A DNA stretch of 64,000 bases from Candidatus Spechtbacteria bacterium (GCA_016188605.1 JACPHP010000015.1:18833-82832); one strand, 5' to 3'; positions 50,747-60,360 are shown, counted from the stretch's first letter. The notes: generated by a model from the sequence alone, not told the origin. Program-made: numbers and translations.

Positions 50747-51892
50747 TTAGTTACCGCTACGGCGGTGTTCAGTGCCAATACCGGTAAGCCGTTTACTTGC
50801 AGACGCGCTGGCGCTGAGCTGGTCCCAGGGAATCTGGGAGCCAAGCATGTACAGCGCGCCAAAGTACTGCAATTCTTCATTGCCGGCTGGCTGATCCTTG
50901 ACCCGCATGACCGCCAACACGAATCGAGTCAGGTTGGTCTCCAGCCGCGGATACGTGGCAGAAACCGCTACACCGAGCTGTCGAATCATCTGGTCACGGT
51001 TAGCGGCACCGATCAACGCTGGCAGACGGGTATTTTCCAGGGTTTCTTTGATCTTGGATGCGTCATAAGCGAGCGCAGCCGCGATCTGAACTCCCGTTCC
51101 CGCAAAAACCTTGTTTACAGAATCGGCCATTGCATCTGCTGCGTCACGCAGCCCGCCTGTATCCGGCGGCTGCATCATGCCCGAAGGCATAGCGCCACCA
51201 CCGCCGACCATCGCCATCATGGCATTCATCATAAGAGCAGGATTTGCTGCGCCCTGCACCCACGCATCCTGCCAGGATTTAAGCTGTCCATAGAAAGTCG
51301 TAATCGCTGGCCAAAGATGCTCATCAATGCGCTGAAAAAGCTGCTTCTTTCGCGCTTCAGTCACATACGAACCATCCAAACCGTCGATCGCCGCAAAGAT
51401 CTCAGCATAGCTGCGTCGCGTCATTTCCTTTCGAAGCTTAAAAAACTCCGGATCAACCTGCTCTTCGTTCGTATCCGCAAATCTCTCCATCAAGCCAGCG
51501 AGCACATCCGGGATACTGAAGAGGCCTGCCCGGTATGCCAGTGCCGCCCGAACTGCCGAAATAACAGTGGATTGATCAACCTTGAGGATTCCACCAGTTC
51601 GAAGCGCTTCCAGCCAAGAAGCATCGGTGGGCACTGCGGGAAGCACAGCATCAAAAGAAATGGCTCCCATTGTACTTACTGCGGGCGGCTCAGCCACTGG
51701 CTTAGCCGGTGCAAGCGCTTTGAGCAAATTCCTTGCCGGCAATACTTTCATGCCGACTCCGACGAGGTCTTGCTCTGTCAAACCAGCCAGATCTTCCACG
51801 GTCGTAGCACCAAGATCAGAAATAATCTTCTCAATCACTTCAGATGCAACGCCCATAGACTCAAGTTTGGCAGTTACTTCAGTGACTTCCAT
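50747..51892 (-). CDS. Hypothetical protein with N-terminal SAM-like helical domain
   Basis: LESMG...DLAGLTEQDLVGVGMKVLPARNLLKAL, then Pro/Ala linker; SD AAAGGGG. Confidence 0.7.
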   Translation of the reverse strand: MEVTEVTAKLESMGVASEVIEKIISDLGATTVEDLAGLTEQDLVGVGMKVLPARNLLKALAPAKPVAEPPAVSTMGAISFDAVLPAVPTDASWLEALRTGGILKVDQSTVISAVRAALAYRAGLFSIPDVLAGLMERFADTNEEQVDPEFFKLRKEMTRRSYAEIFAAIDGLDGSYVTEARKKQLFQRIDEHLWPAITTFYGQLKSWQDAWVQGAANPALMMNAMMAMVGGGGAMPSGMMQPPDTGGLRDAADAMADSVNKVFAGTGVQIAAALAYDASKIKETLENTRLPALIGAANRDQMIRQLGVAVSATYPRLETNLTRFVLAVMRVKDQPAGNEELQYFGALYMLGSQIPWDQLSASASASKRLTGIGTEHRRSGN

Positions 51893-51914
51893 TTTCTTTA
51901 CCCCTTTCGCGGTT

Positions 51915-53309
51915 CTACCTGCACATCTTATCCCGCTCGGTACTTCCCAGCGAGATCATTCTAACTTGCACTCCCAGCTTTTCTCCAATTATACTGGCAC
52001 AAAACGAGTAAAGCTCGCTTGGTGTGGCGGGCGATGGAACTTTCAGGGTCGTAATTTCCGGCTTGCAGCGCGAAAGCTGTTTGCCGAGCGATTCCTGATA
52101 TTCCAACTGATTGTTATCCGTTCCCACACGGACTTTGATTGCGCCCGTGGGCGTAAAATATGTAGGATCGTCCGCGCCGAGATAACGGTCGCATATACGC
52201 CACTCTCCGTTAGCCACAATTTGATCGAACCATGTGACGGCCAGGCCATTGAATGCATTTGGGCCGCCGCAAACTTCTATAGCGTAACGAAGTAAAACGA
52301 GATCCAGCGCCCCTACGCGCACTTCTCCCTGATAGCGGTTGCTTTCTTTGTGACTGCCTGGAAGCAATCTTTCTGCCATCTCGGGATTGGCAGTAGGCAT
52401 CGGACCCGCACCGTGGCGAATTGCGTATGCTCGGAACACTCCGAAATTCACAATCTCTCCGTCGTAGCCAGCATCTATAAGCATCGCTTGCGTAAAGCAC
52501 GGCAATGTTCGAATGGCGCTTACGTGCGGATAGAAACCGTGAAAGTGATCGGTGATAACTCCGTGCGAGCTTTCAACTACAACCACACCGTCCCGAGCAA
52601 GGACTTCTCGCTCAAGATATTCATGGCCGACAATCTTAGCTCGCCGCGATACTTCTTCAAACCGTTCGGCAATATAGTCGAGGAAGCCGTCATCATAAAG
52701 AAGAGCAACTTCCTTTTGCATCGCCTCACGGTCGCTAGGCAAGAACTCGCCGCCAATAGTCTCGTTGAGATCGCTGCGTATTTGCTCTCGCACGCAAACA
52801 AGCAAATCTTTCAGATCGGGCCGCGACAAATCGCAGGCTCGAATCGTAAGATCCGGATACTGTTGCAAATAGCGATACGCTTCACCAACGCCTGTGCCAA
52901 TCGTGCCGCGAGGATTATTACCACGTGACATTTCTTTCAGGCGCGACGCAATTCCGTGATAAGGCGTGGCGCACAATGCCATTTCATCTACCGTCAGCAG
53001 ACCAAACGGATTGTGTATGCCGTGCTGATATCGAAGTGCGTCAGACTCATTAAGTAAACCTTCTGGAGAAACGATAAACCGAGCGGAGATATGCGTGTTA
53101 ATGCCTTCGAATGTGCCGCATCCCCACTGGCTGAAAGCAAAGCTCTCGCCACGCGAAGTGCGGACACCGTGGCTTCCCTGCGCGCCTCCGACTTTCACGA
53201 CGGTGTGGGCACGCATCATTGTTGCGATTTTGTGCACCACACCGCCCTTGCCGCCGTCACCAGGACCGAGGTCGGTGACGGTGTAGACTTTCTTGGTCAT
53301 CGTCGCCAC
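51915..53309 (-). CDS. Divergent adenylosuccinate-synthetase-family protein (start may be ATG 53300)
   Basis: DLGPGDGGKG P-loop, GGAQGSH, RGTIGTGVG, RAYAIRHGAGPMPT, RVGALD, SLGST. Confidence 0.85.
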   Translation of the reverse strand: MATMTKKVYTVTDLGPGDGGKGGVVHKIATMMRAHTVVKVGGAQGSHGVRTSRGESFAFSQWGCGTFEGINTHISARFIVSPEGLLNESDALRYQHGIHNPFGLLTVDEMALCATPYHGIASRLKEMSRGNNPRGTIGTGVGEAYRYLQQYPDLTIRACDLSRPDLKDLLVCVREQIRSDLNETIGGEFLPSDREAMQKEVALLYDDGFLDYIAERFEEVSRRAKIVGHEYLEREVLARDGVVVVESSHGVITDHFHGFYPHVSAIRTLPCFTQAMLIDAGYDGEIVNFGVFRAYAIRHGAGPMPTANPEMAERLLPGSHKESNRYQGEVRVGALDLVLLRYAIEVCGGPNAFNGLAVTWFDQIVANGEWRICDRYLGADDPTYFTPTGAIKVRVGTDNNQLEYQESLGKQLSRCKPEITTLKVPSPATPSELYSFCASIIGEKLGVQVRMISLGSTERDKMCR

Positions 53310-53316
53310 CTTCCTC

Positions 53317-53356
53317 GGTACGCCGAAGTCTCGCTTGGCGAGACTTCGGCGTACCT
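53317..53356. repeat. Strong intergenic hairpin abutting the SD of the PurA-like gene
   Basis: GGTACGCCGAAGTCTCGC-TTG-GCGAGACTTCGGCGTACC. Confidence 0.7.
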
Positions 53357-53379
53357 TTCAATCTTGATTTGGTAACTGG

Positions 53380-54537
53380 CTAGAGCCAGTTGGGTCCGTC
53401 GTCGGAGTCCTCGTCTTCGGAATCTCCAGAAGTAGCCGAATCAATTTCACTAGGATCGACCGGCCAGAGGTCGGTCTTTTCCCTGAAAAGATCGCCGGCC
53501 TTCGGAAGCTTATCGAAGTTCGGAGAAAGCATCTGAGCTCCGAGAGGAATATGCGCAACTGCGTGAATAATCTGACGCGCACTGAATTCTGAAACATTAT
53601 GCTCCGTAAGAAATTCCAAAGCAGACCCCAGGCTCAGCACGCCCTCCATGAGACCGATGATTATTGCCTTTACACAGTGCAGGTTGTTCGTACCTTCAGG
53701 AAGCATAACGAAATGACCAGCTCCATACAAATCGCTCCACTGATCTGCAACATCCCGACGATTTCCAACCTGCAAAAAGAAGGCATGCGCCTTGGTCTGT
53801 AGATCCCTGACTACTTGCGCGGTGTTAGGCAGTTTTCCATTACTGAAGTCATAACCATTTTCTTTGGCATGCTCCAGTACGTCATCTCCGTAAATCTTCT
53901 TCAGCCAACGCGGATCGATAGTTTCAACGATCGGCTCGTCAGAGATCGTGAAGTGATAGTACTTCAAGCCCCATCGGTTAATCGCTGCATTAGTCAAGTA
54001 CACAGCGCCGAAAAGACCGAACTGTGGATCTTCCTTGCCGTTACCTTGACCCCTACGGCCAGGCACTAAATGAGTCATCTGGGAAGCAATTTTCTCGTCC
54101 ATCTCAAATTGAGTACGACATAGCACAGGCACGTCTTCTCCATCTTCAACGTCGTTGAATATGGCAGTTGCAATCTGAACGTCATATCGACCTAAAATAG
54201 GACGACTGCCGCTGGTCAGCATCTCGTAAGAACTAGGCAAGACATCAAATGCTGTATCTACGTTGCCCCCCATAGAACCGGTTGTATCTAGCAAATCTTC
54301 TTCAGCCATAGGAATACCGCAAGTCAGGACCCATAAGTTACCGCGCTTCTCAAAACGCGGCAGAGATCGACGAATGGGCCCGAGATGAGCAGGTCCTTTC
54401 GGATCCACCAGCGGATCTAGACCTTGTCCTTGGTGCATTCGCTCTTCAGCACCGCTGGTAGCTTTCTTGGTTCCATTAGACGTAGCGCTATAACGAACTC
54501 CGGTATAACCAGACCTTGAAAATGTATTCTTCCCCAT
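53380..54537 (-). CDS. vWA-domain protein
   Basis: MIDAS-like DTTGSMG, QFE.D..I, G.GNGKE, FTISDE. Confidence 0.75.
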   Translation of the reverse strand: MGKNTFSRSGYTGVRYSATSNGTKKATSGAEERMHQGQGLDPLVDPKGPAHLGPIRRSLPRFEKRGNLWVLTCGIPMAEEDLLDTTGSMGGNVDTAFDVLPSSYEMLTSGSRPILGRYDVQIATAIFNDVEDGEDVPVLCRTQFEMDEKIASQMTHLVPGRRGQGNGKEDPQFGLFGAVYLTNAAINRWGLKYYHFTISDEPIVETIDPRWLKKIYGDDVLEHAKENGYDFSNGKLPNTAQVVRDLQTKAHAFFLQVGNRRDVADQWSDLYGAGHFVMLPEGTNNLHCVKAIIIGLMEGVLSLGSALEFLTEHNVSEFSARQIIHAVAHIPLGAQMLSPNFDKLPKAGDLFREKTDLWPVDPSEIDSATSGDSEDEDSDDGPNWL

Positions 54538-54567
54538 ATTATTCGCCCCTTTCTTTGCTATACACGC

Positions 54568-55380
54568 CTACAATGATTCCGTAGTGAAAGGATGATACTT
54601 GCGCTCCCAGAGCAAATCGATTAGTTCATAGAACGCCAAGTGCGCTCTTTCCGCGTTGCTCTCGCTACCGCGGGCTAGACGCCAAAGATAGTCTGTGTAC
54701 CTACGAAAAGCCTCGTCGCCGTCATTTGGGATTGTACCCGTTTTTAGGTCGCCTCCCAGCGCAACAACAACCGATTGCGCCGCTTGAGAAATCTCTTGGC
54801 GCCTAACCTCTACGGGAACTGTGTCGGTATGTATCTGCGCGAATGACCATTCAAAAATCACCACATAGTGTTCCTTCGGCTCAATCACTATATTCTTCCC
54901 GCTCAACAAGTTAACCGAGATTCCTTCGTTGTGCAAGAACGCAAGCAACTTGAGAAGTTTGCCCATAATCCATGCGCTAGTGCGCAAATCAACCCGCAGG
55001 CGGTCTTTTGCCGTGATGTTAATCAGCGGCACCATATCGCCTACATTCTCTACATTCCTAAACGCAAAAACATTAACTTGACGCCCGCCCTGCTCAGTAC
55101 AGATGAAGCTATCCATAAGCTCGGGGAAACCAAGCTGGTAGTTAAGAGGTTCATCGGGACGAGCGTACTCCACTTCGAGCTCTTCAGCACGGCGCTGCAG
55201 TTCTTTAAGAATATAGGCGGCACGCTGAAGCGCGCCGTTGTCCTTAGTTTCGTTAGCAATCTGCAAAATATATTCGCGCTTTACTCCTTCCTGCGTACAT
55301 AGGTAAAGCCGATATTTGCCGGCTTCTGCTACCTTTTTGCCGACTTGATAAACGTGATGACCATTGCGTATAGTGATCAC
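54568..55380 (-). CDS. Protein-kinase-fold protein, probably catalytically inactive
   Basis: YQVGKKVAE...YRLYLC, FPELMDSF, WIMGKLLKLLAFLH..G...NIVI; HRD and DFG replaced; start moved to GTG 55380 after AAGGAGG. Confidence 0.7.
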   Translation of the reverse strand: MITIRNGHHVYQVGKKVAEAGKYRLYLCTQEGVKREYILQIANETKDNGALQRAAYILKELQRRAEELEVEYARPDEPLNYQLGFPELMDSFICTEQGGRQVNVFAFRNVENVGDMVPLINITAKDRLRVDLRTSAWIMGKLLKLLAFLHNEGISVNLLSGKNIVIEPKEHYVVIFEWSFAQIHTDTVPVEVRRQEISQAAQSVVVALGGDLKTGTIPNDGDEAFRRYTDYLWRLARGSESNAERAHLAFYELIDLLWERKYHPFTTESL

Positions 55381-55435
55381 CGAATTTCCCTCCTTTCGTA
55401 CTTGTATTGTAAAGGGACACAATAAACTAGTGCTG

Positions 55436-55464
55436 ATAGTATTGTGTATAACCTGTCTTGTCAA
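55436..55464 (-). promoter_or_regulatory. Promoter of the kinase-vWA-PurA-like operon
   Basis: TTGACA-17 nt-TACTAT. Confidence 0.65.
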
Positions 55465-55498
55465 GAGCGGCGTAAGTAACCCCTCACACCCCTCGTGA

Positions 55499-55617
55499 GT
55501 CATTGCGAGCCCCAAGGGGGCGTGGCCCGCCAGCAACGCCTTAAGCGTAGCTTTGGCGGGCTGGCAATCCCGCTCGTATGTGGTAACGAGATTGCTTCAC
55601 GCTACGCTCGCAATGAC
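55499..55617. repeat. GTCATTGCGAG...CTCGCAATGAC REP-type element with a nested second palindrome
   Basis: Terminal inverted repeats with inner GCAATC/GAGATTGC; CCCGCCA...TGGCGGG inserted inside. Confidence 0.7.
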
Positions 55618-55950
55618 GTATAATAAGATTTTGATATAGGGGGTGTGGGGGGTTACCATAGCGACGCATTATATGGCATGATTCCTAATGCTCAATATAT
55701 TTTAAAAGAACTTTATTTAAGATTAGCAAATGGTGATAATAGTGTCAATAGTACACTATTAACAGGTTAAAATTTTATGAATTATTTATGCGGTTTTGAA
55801 TTTCACTTATCATACACGGCCGTGTATGATAAGTGAAATTCAAAATGTTAACAAAATAATCCACCTATGATAAAGCAGAGGCAATAAGTATCACAAACAA
55901 AACAAACTAGTTCTTCGGGGACGGCAGAAATGCCGTCCCTTTTTCATACA

Positions 55951-55987
55951 ATGCAAAACCCTCTGCCTTAGGCAGAGGGTTTTGCAT
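55951..55987 (-). terminator. Terminator after the 16S unit
   Basis: ATGCAAAACCCTCTGCC-TTA-GGCAGAGGGTTTTGCAT just past the 16S trailer. Confidence 0.6.
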
Positions 55988-56331
55988 AACTGACAGAATC
56001 ATTGCGTAAAGAAAATTTCTTATCCGCCTCAGGCGGAACATTGAACATCTAAGAGTTGCTCCAAATTGGTAACTCTTTTCTTGCGAAAAGAGATTTTAGT
56101 CTCAGACATTTGAAGGCTTTGAGACTAACGCCTTGCCTACCTTTAGCTAATCATACAGAAGCTTTTCCGCCAAAGGCGGATCAGCCTCCGGCTGAAGCGA
56201 AGGCGGGCAGATATTAAAGCACGAATTCGATGCTTCAATATCGTCGACTCCCGATATTGTATCAAGCAAAAGCTTAATAAAAAATCAAGAAAAAATGATC
56301 CATCCACAGCTTCCGCTACGGATGCCTTGTT

Positions 56332-56778
56332 CATGTTTACCTGTACTTTTCAATACAGCACGGACTATATCTTCATCCTTTTGTTTTGTAACAATCCGCC
56401 TGAGGCGGACAAAAAGGAGCCAACGTGTAGTCTCTACGGGGTTAATGTGTGCTAAATGATGGGGGCGAGAGAACGCGCTCTCTCGCCTTGATGAAAGAAA
56501 TAAAATGCATTCGTGCTCTTTGTGCGGGCGATTTTTCGGCTTGGGTATGCATCCCCGCGCCGATATAACGTGCGCGGCCACGCTCACTAGCACTTTGCGC
56601 ACAAGTTACACAGAACTACTTCATTCTCCCATCATTCAGCACACATAACTTCCCTCGGTATTGCCTTCATTCCTTTATTATACAACGAATGTCACATAAT
56701 AAAGAGGAGGGTTTCACCGATACAGTTAGATTTTGCAATTGCCTTGCGGCAAAAGGTCGCAACGACCAGAATGGTCTG
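56332..56778 (-). mobile_element. Group I intron in 16S after U1498, no ORF
   Basis: Exons GAAGTCGT | AACAAGG; IGS GCGAC, GAGACTA / GAAGATATAGTCC P7 strands, terminal G. Confidence 0.88.
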
Positions 56779-56865
56779 ACGACTTCGTCCTTGTCACTGA
56801 TCTTACCGTGGGCCCACTTACGTGAGACTTCGGGTACTACCAGCTTCACTGACGTGACGGGCGGT

Positions 56866-57887
56866 ATCGGGATCAATGAGCATATCATCGTCCCACGCCA
56901 CCGGACGAACGGTTTTACCGTATCCTGGCGGCTTCCATCGAATGCTTCTTGCCAAGAAAACGCATCTGTTCACGCAATCGCACCATTTCGCTGAAACCCT
57001 TATCTGTAAGGTGTTCTTTATTGCGATACATAGTGACAATTCTCTTAAACAGTATGTATGTTTTTGCTTTCTTTGCTTGAAGATGATTTGCATCTAAAAA
57101 TGGAAAAAGATACGCTACCAAATCTTTTGAACTGGTAATTTTATACTTCGCGTGGGGGTACCATCCGTACCTCTCATACGAGCAATCATATATTTTCCCA
57201 CAACCAATTGTCACAAGAATTCGTTCGAGGATTTCACGATCATCTGCGCGGAGTTCGATTTCAAACTCGGCACGTATTTCGACAGAGCGAGGATGTTTAT
57301 AATCTCGTTCTTTTCGTTTTCCAACGCTTACCGCAAACGATCCTTCACCATCAATGAATCCTGCGACATATTGAGGAGGCAATTTTTTTCGATGAATTCG
57401 CTCCTTTCCAATCGGACCCTTCAAAGATAAATTTCTTTGGAAAGGTTTACGACTGGTACTACGAGCTCTGCTGACTTCTTGCATGGAATAAATAAAAATT
57501 ACTTTCTATCCTTCTATAATCCCAAGGTTATTTTACCGTGGAAATTAATACCAAACAAGATCTCCCCCGGTCATCTATAAAACAATTTGAAAACATCTCG
57601 ATCACCCTATACGTAGCAATAAATATACACAAAGTGACTTCCCCATGTACTCGAAGGGTGGTCTTATTACTACGCCTCAACAGTGATTCAAGCTATCTTC
57701 TGCTACCCTCGATTGTAGTTGTAACTATAATCGAGACCAAGTTTAACTTGATTTCGCCCTTCATCCTGGGGGTCACCCCTCGCAGGACTGCGATTTTGCT
57801 TCAAAGCGCTTTGTTCGCTTCGGTTGGACTTCTCACCAACAATAAAGTGGAAAGTCACCAACTCGTTCCATAAACTGCAGGGCACCC
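56866..57887 (-). mobile_element. Group II intron (IIC-like DV) in 16S at ~1395/1396
   Basis: Exons TTGTACTC | ACCGCCCGTC; 5' GGGTG, 3' ...CCCGAT; DV CCGCCAGGATACGG-TAAAA-CCGTTCGTCCGGTGG; EBS1 GAGTACA at 57646-57652. Confidence 0.85.
56915..57484 (-). CDS. Single-motif LAGLIDADG endonuclease inside the group II intron
   Basis: YVAGFIDGEGSF motif; no RT motifs. Confidence 0.92.
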   Translation of the reverse strand: MQEVSRARSTSRKPFQRNLSLKGPIGKERIHRKKLPPQYVAGFIDGEGSFAVSVGKRKERDYKHPRSVEIRAEFEIELRADDREILERILVTIGCGKIYDCSYERYGWYPHAKYKITSSKDLVAYLFPFLDANHLQAKKAKTYILFKRIVTMYRNKEHLTDKGFSEMVRLREQMRFLGKKHSMEAARIR

Positions 57888-58357
57888 GAGTACAAGACTC
57901 GGGAACGTATTCACCGCGCCATAGCTGATGCGCGATTACTAGCGATTCCGGCTTCATGAGGTCGAGTTGCAGACCTCAATCCGAACTGGGGCTAATTTTG
58001 ATGGGATTTGCTCCGCCTTACGGCTTGGCGTCCCTCTGTAATTAGCCATTGTATCATGCGTGTTGCCCAGGGCATCAAAGGGTCATGCTGATTTGGCGTC
58101 ATCCCCACCTTCCTCCCCGTTATGCGGGGCAGTATCGTGTGACACATATAACACACAATAGGGGTTGCGTTTGTTACCGGACTTAACCGAGCGCCTCACG
58201 GCACAAACTGACGACAACCATGCAACACCTGCCCAATTGTCCTTGTGAGACATTCTCCCTTTCGGGAGAACTTCAACTGGGTGTCAAGCCCTGGTGAGGT
58301 TCCTCGTTTGTCATCGAATTGAACCGCATGATCCACCGCTTGTGCGAGTCCCCGTCT

Positions 58358-58389
<32 letters not shown>

Positions 58390-58800
58390 ACCCAGGCGGA
58401 ATACTTAACGCGTTAGCTTCGCCACGTGTAGGGTCGACACTACACACAGCTAGTATTCATCGTTTACAGCGTGGAATACTGGGGTATCTAATCCCATTCT
58501 CTCCCCACGCTTTCGTCCCTCAGCGTCAGAGTCATGCCAGCTGATTGCCTTCGCCTTTGGTGTTCCCCATGATATCAACGGATTTCACTCCTACACCATG
58601 AGTTCCATCAGCCTCTCATGCTCTCTAGTTTTGACGTTTCCTGCGCAGATTCAAGGTTAAGCCCTGAAATTTAACACTGGACTATCAAAACCGCCTACGG
58701 ACGCTTTACGCCCAATAATTCCGGATAACGCTCGGGGCCCTCGTATTACCGCCGCTGCTGGCACGAGGTTAGCGGCCCCTTATTCCTGAAGTACAATCAA

Positions 58801-58937
58801 ACCGCTCCTCGCTACGCTCGGAGCACACCGATAAACGCAGATACGAACACGGATATACGCGGATATAATAATCCGTGTAAATCCATTTTCTTATCCGTGT
58901 GAATCCGTGTACGTTCCGAACGCAGTGAGGAACGGTC
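58801..58937. repeat. IVS in 16S V3 (h17)
   Basis: CTCCTCGCTACGCTCGG arms around an ACACGGAT/ATCCGTGT array; same architecture as 45799-45930. Confidence 0.75.
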
Positions 58938-59283
58938 TTTTTCCTTCAGAAAAGCAGTTTACAACCCGAAGGCCTTCATCCTGCACGCGGCGTCGCTCGG
59001 TCAGGCTTTCGCCCATTGCCGAAGATTCTCGACTGCAGCCTCCCGTAGGAGTAGGGCCCGTGTCTCAGTGCCCTTGTTGGGGGTCGTGCTCTCACACCCC
59101 CTACCCGTCATAGCCTTGGTGGGCCATTACCTCACCAACTAGCTGATAGGCCACAGGCCATTCCAGTACCACCTGAGTTTTACTTGCTCTTGCGAGCAAG
59201 ACCATCAAGTATTAGCTCCGATTTCTCGGAGTTATTCTTGAGTACTGGGTATGTTCCTATGTATTACTAACCCGTTCGCCACT

Positions 59284-59386
59284 ATCCTACGCTCCGCGCT
59301 ACGCGCGGAGCTACGGAATAGCAAGCTCTCCCATATTTTGAGCGCCTGCGATTCCGAAGCTCCTCACGCAGTGAGGAGCGAAGGAT
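59284..59386. repeat. IVS/expansion in 16S V1 (h6)
   Basis: ATCCTACGCTC...GAGCGAAGGAT REP-like palindrome. Confidence 0.75.
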
Positions 59387-59408
59387 CGTTCGACTTGCAT
59401 GCCTTATC

Positions 59409-59440
<32 letters not shown>

Positions 59441-59940
59441 GAACTCTTAAAATAAACGAAGTTTATTTTAAGCCCATCCGAAGTTCCGACGAAGTCGGAA
59501 CGCAGGAGGGCCATACAAAACTTCGTTAAATACCAATTTGAAACAACTCTTGAATGTTCAACGTAAAGTTGCAGAGCAACCACGTTGCAAGCAACATAAA
59601 GGGCTCTACGCCCCACGTTGCAAGCAATAATTGTTTTTGTTTCTCGCACATTTGTATATTTGAGGGTGTTGCTCCTCGCCTATACGTTGCCCCCTTCGGG
59701 GGACTTGGCTCTAAAATGTTACGTAGAAATATAAATAAATATACTTCTACGTTTAATAATAATTACAACGTAAAGTTGCGTGGCAACTCCGTAAAGAGGG
59801 CGTGGCCCTCCACGGAGGGTTTTACGCCCCACGTTGCTTTACGCAAGAAAATGTAATTATTATTAAAGCTGATTCTGTTCAGTTGTTAATGTTCATCCGA
59901 AATATTTTCTATTAAATACAATACTTTCGGATACGTAGAC

Positions 59941-59969
59941 ATATTACACATTCGCTAATATCTTGTCAA
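59941..59969 (-). promoter_or_regulatory. 16S rRNA promoter
   Basis: TTGACA-17 nt-TAATAT with TGn extension; boxA-like GAACATTAACAACT at ~59881-59894. Confidence 0.7.
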
Positions 59970-60132
59970 CAAAAGAATAAAAAAGGCGCGTGCCGAGTGG
60001 CAAGCGCCTTTGGTAATGCTTTGGAATTATTGAAGTTCGAGCGGGCTATCTGCCCAAAGATGCTTTATATCCTCTCGAAGCCCAAGATACTTTATTTGTC
60101 CAAGCGTAAGGGATGTAGCGTATATATAGTTG

Positions 60133-60360
60133 CTAGAAAAAAACACATTCGCTATAATGTCCGCTTCGGCAACGATCGCTTTCCTCGACTCGTAATTTCC
60201 TACGAGATCCCCCGACACCTCTATCATGCATGGTTAGGCCTAGTATAATCGTATTATCATTGACTTCTGGAAACTCTTCCCGCAAACAAGATTCGCATCT
60301 TCTTAACAGCCTATATGGCGTTGATCCTGACAAGCACACTTTGCATTGATAATTAGACAT
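60133..60360 (-). CDS. Small Cys-rich hypothetical protein
   Basis: CKVC...CESC; start overlaps the upstream stop and follows a GGAGG SD. Confidence 0.45.
   Translation of the reverse strand: MSNYQCKVCLSGSTPYRLLRRCESCLREEFPEVNDNTIILGLTMHDRGVGGSRRKLRVEESDRCRSGHYSECVFF

Noticed and set aside
51915-53309. PurZ (Z-genome) biosynthesis gene
   Set aside because: It keeps the catalytic Asp (GDGGKG) rather than the PurZ Ser, and no datZ, mazZ or dpoZ-like neighbours are visible.
55381-55536. N-terminal extension of the kinase-like ORF given in the ORF track
   Set aside because: It runs through the promoter and a REP element; the SD supports the GTG at 55380.
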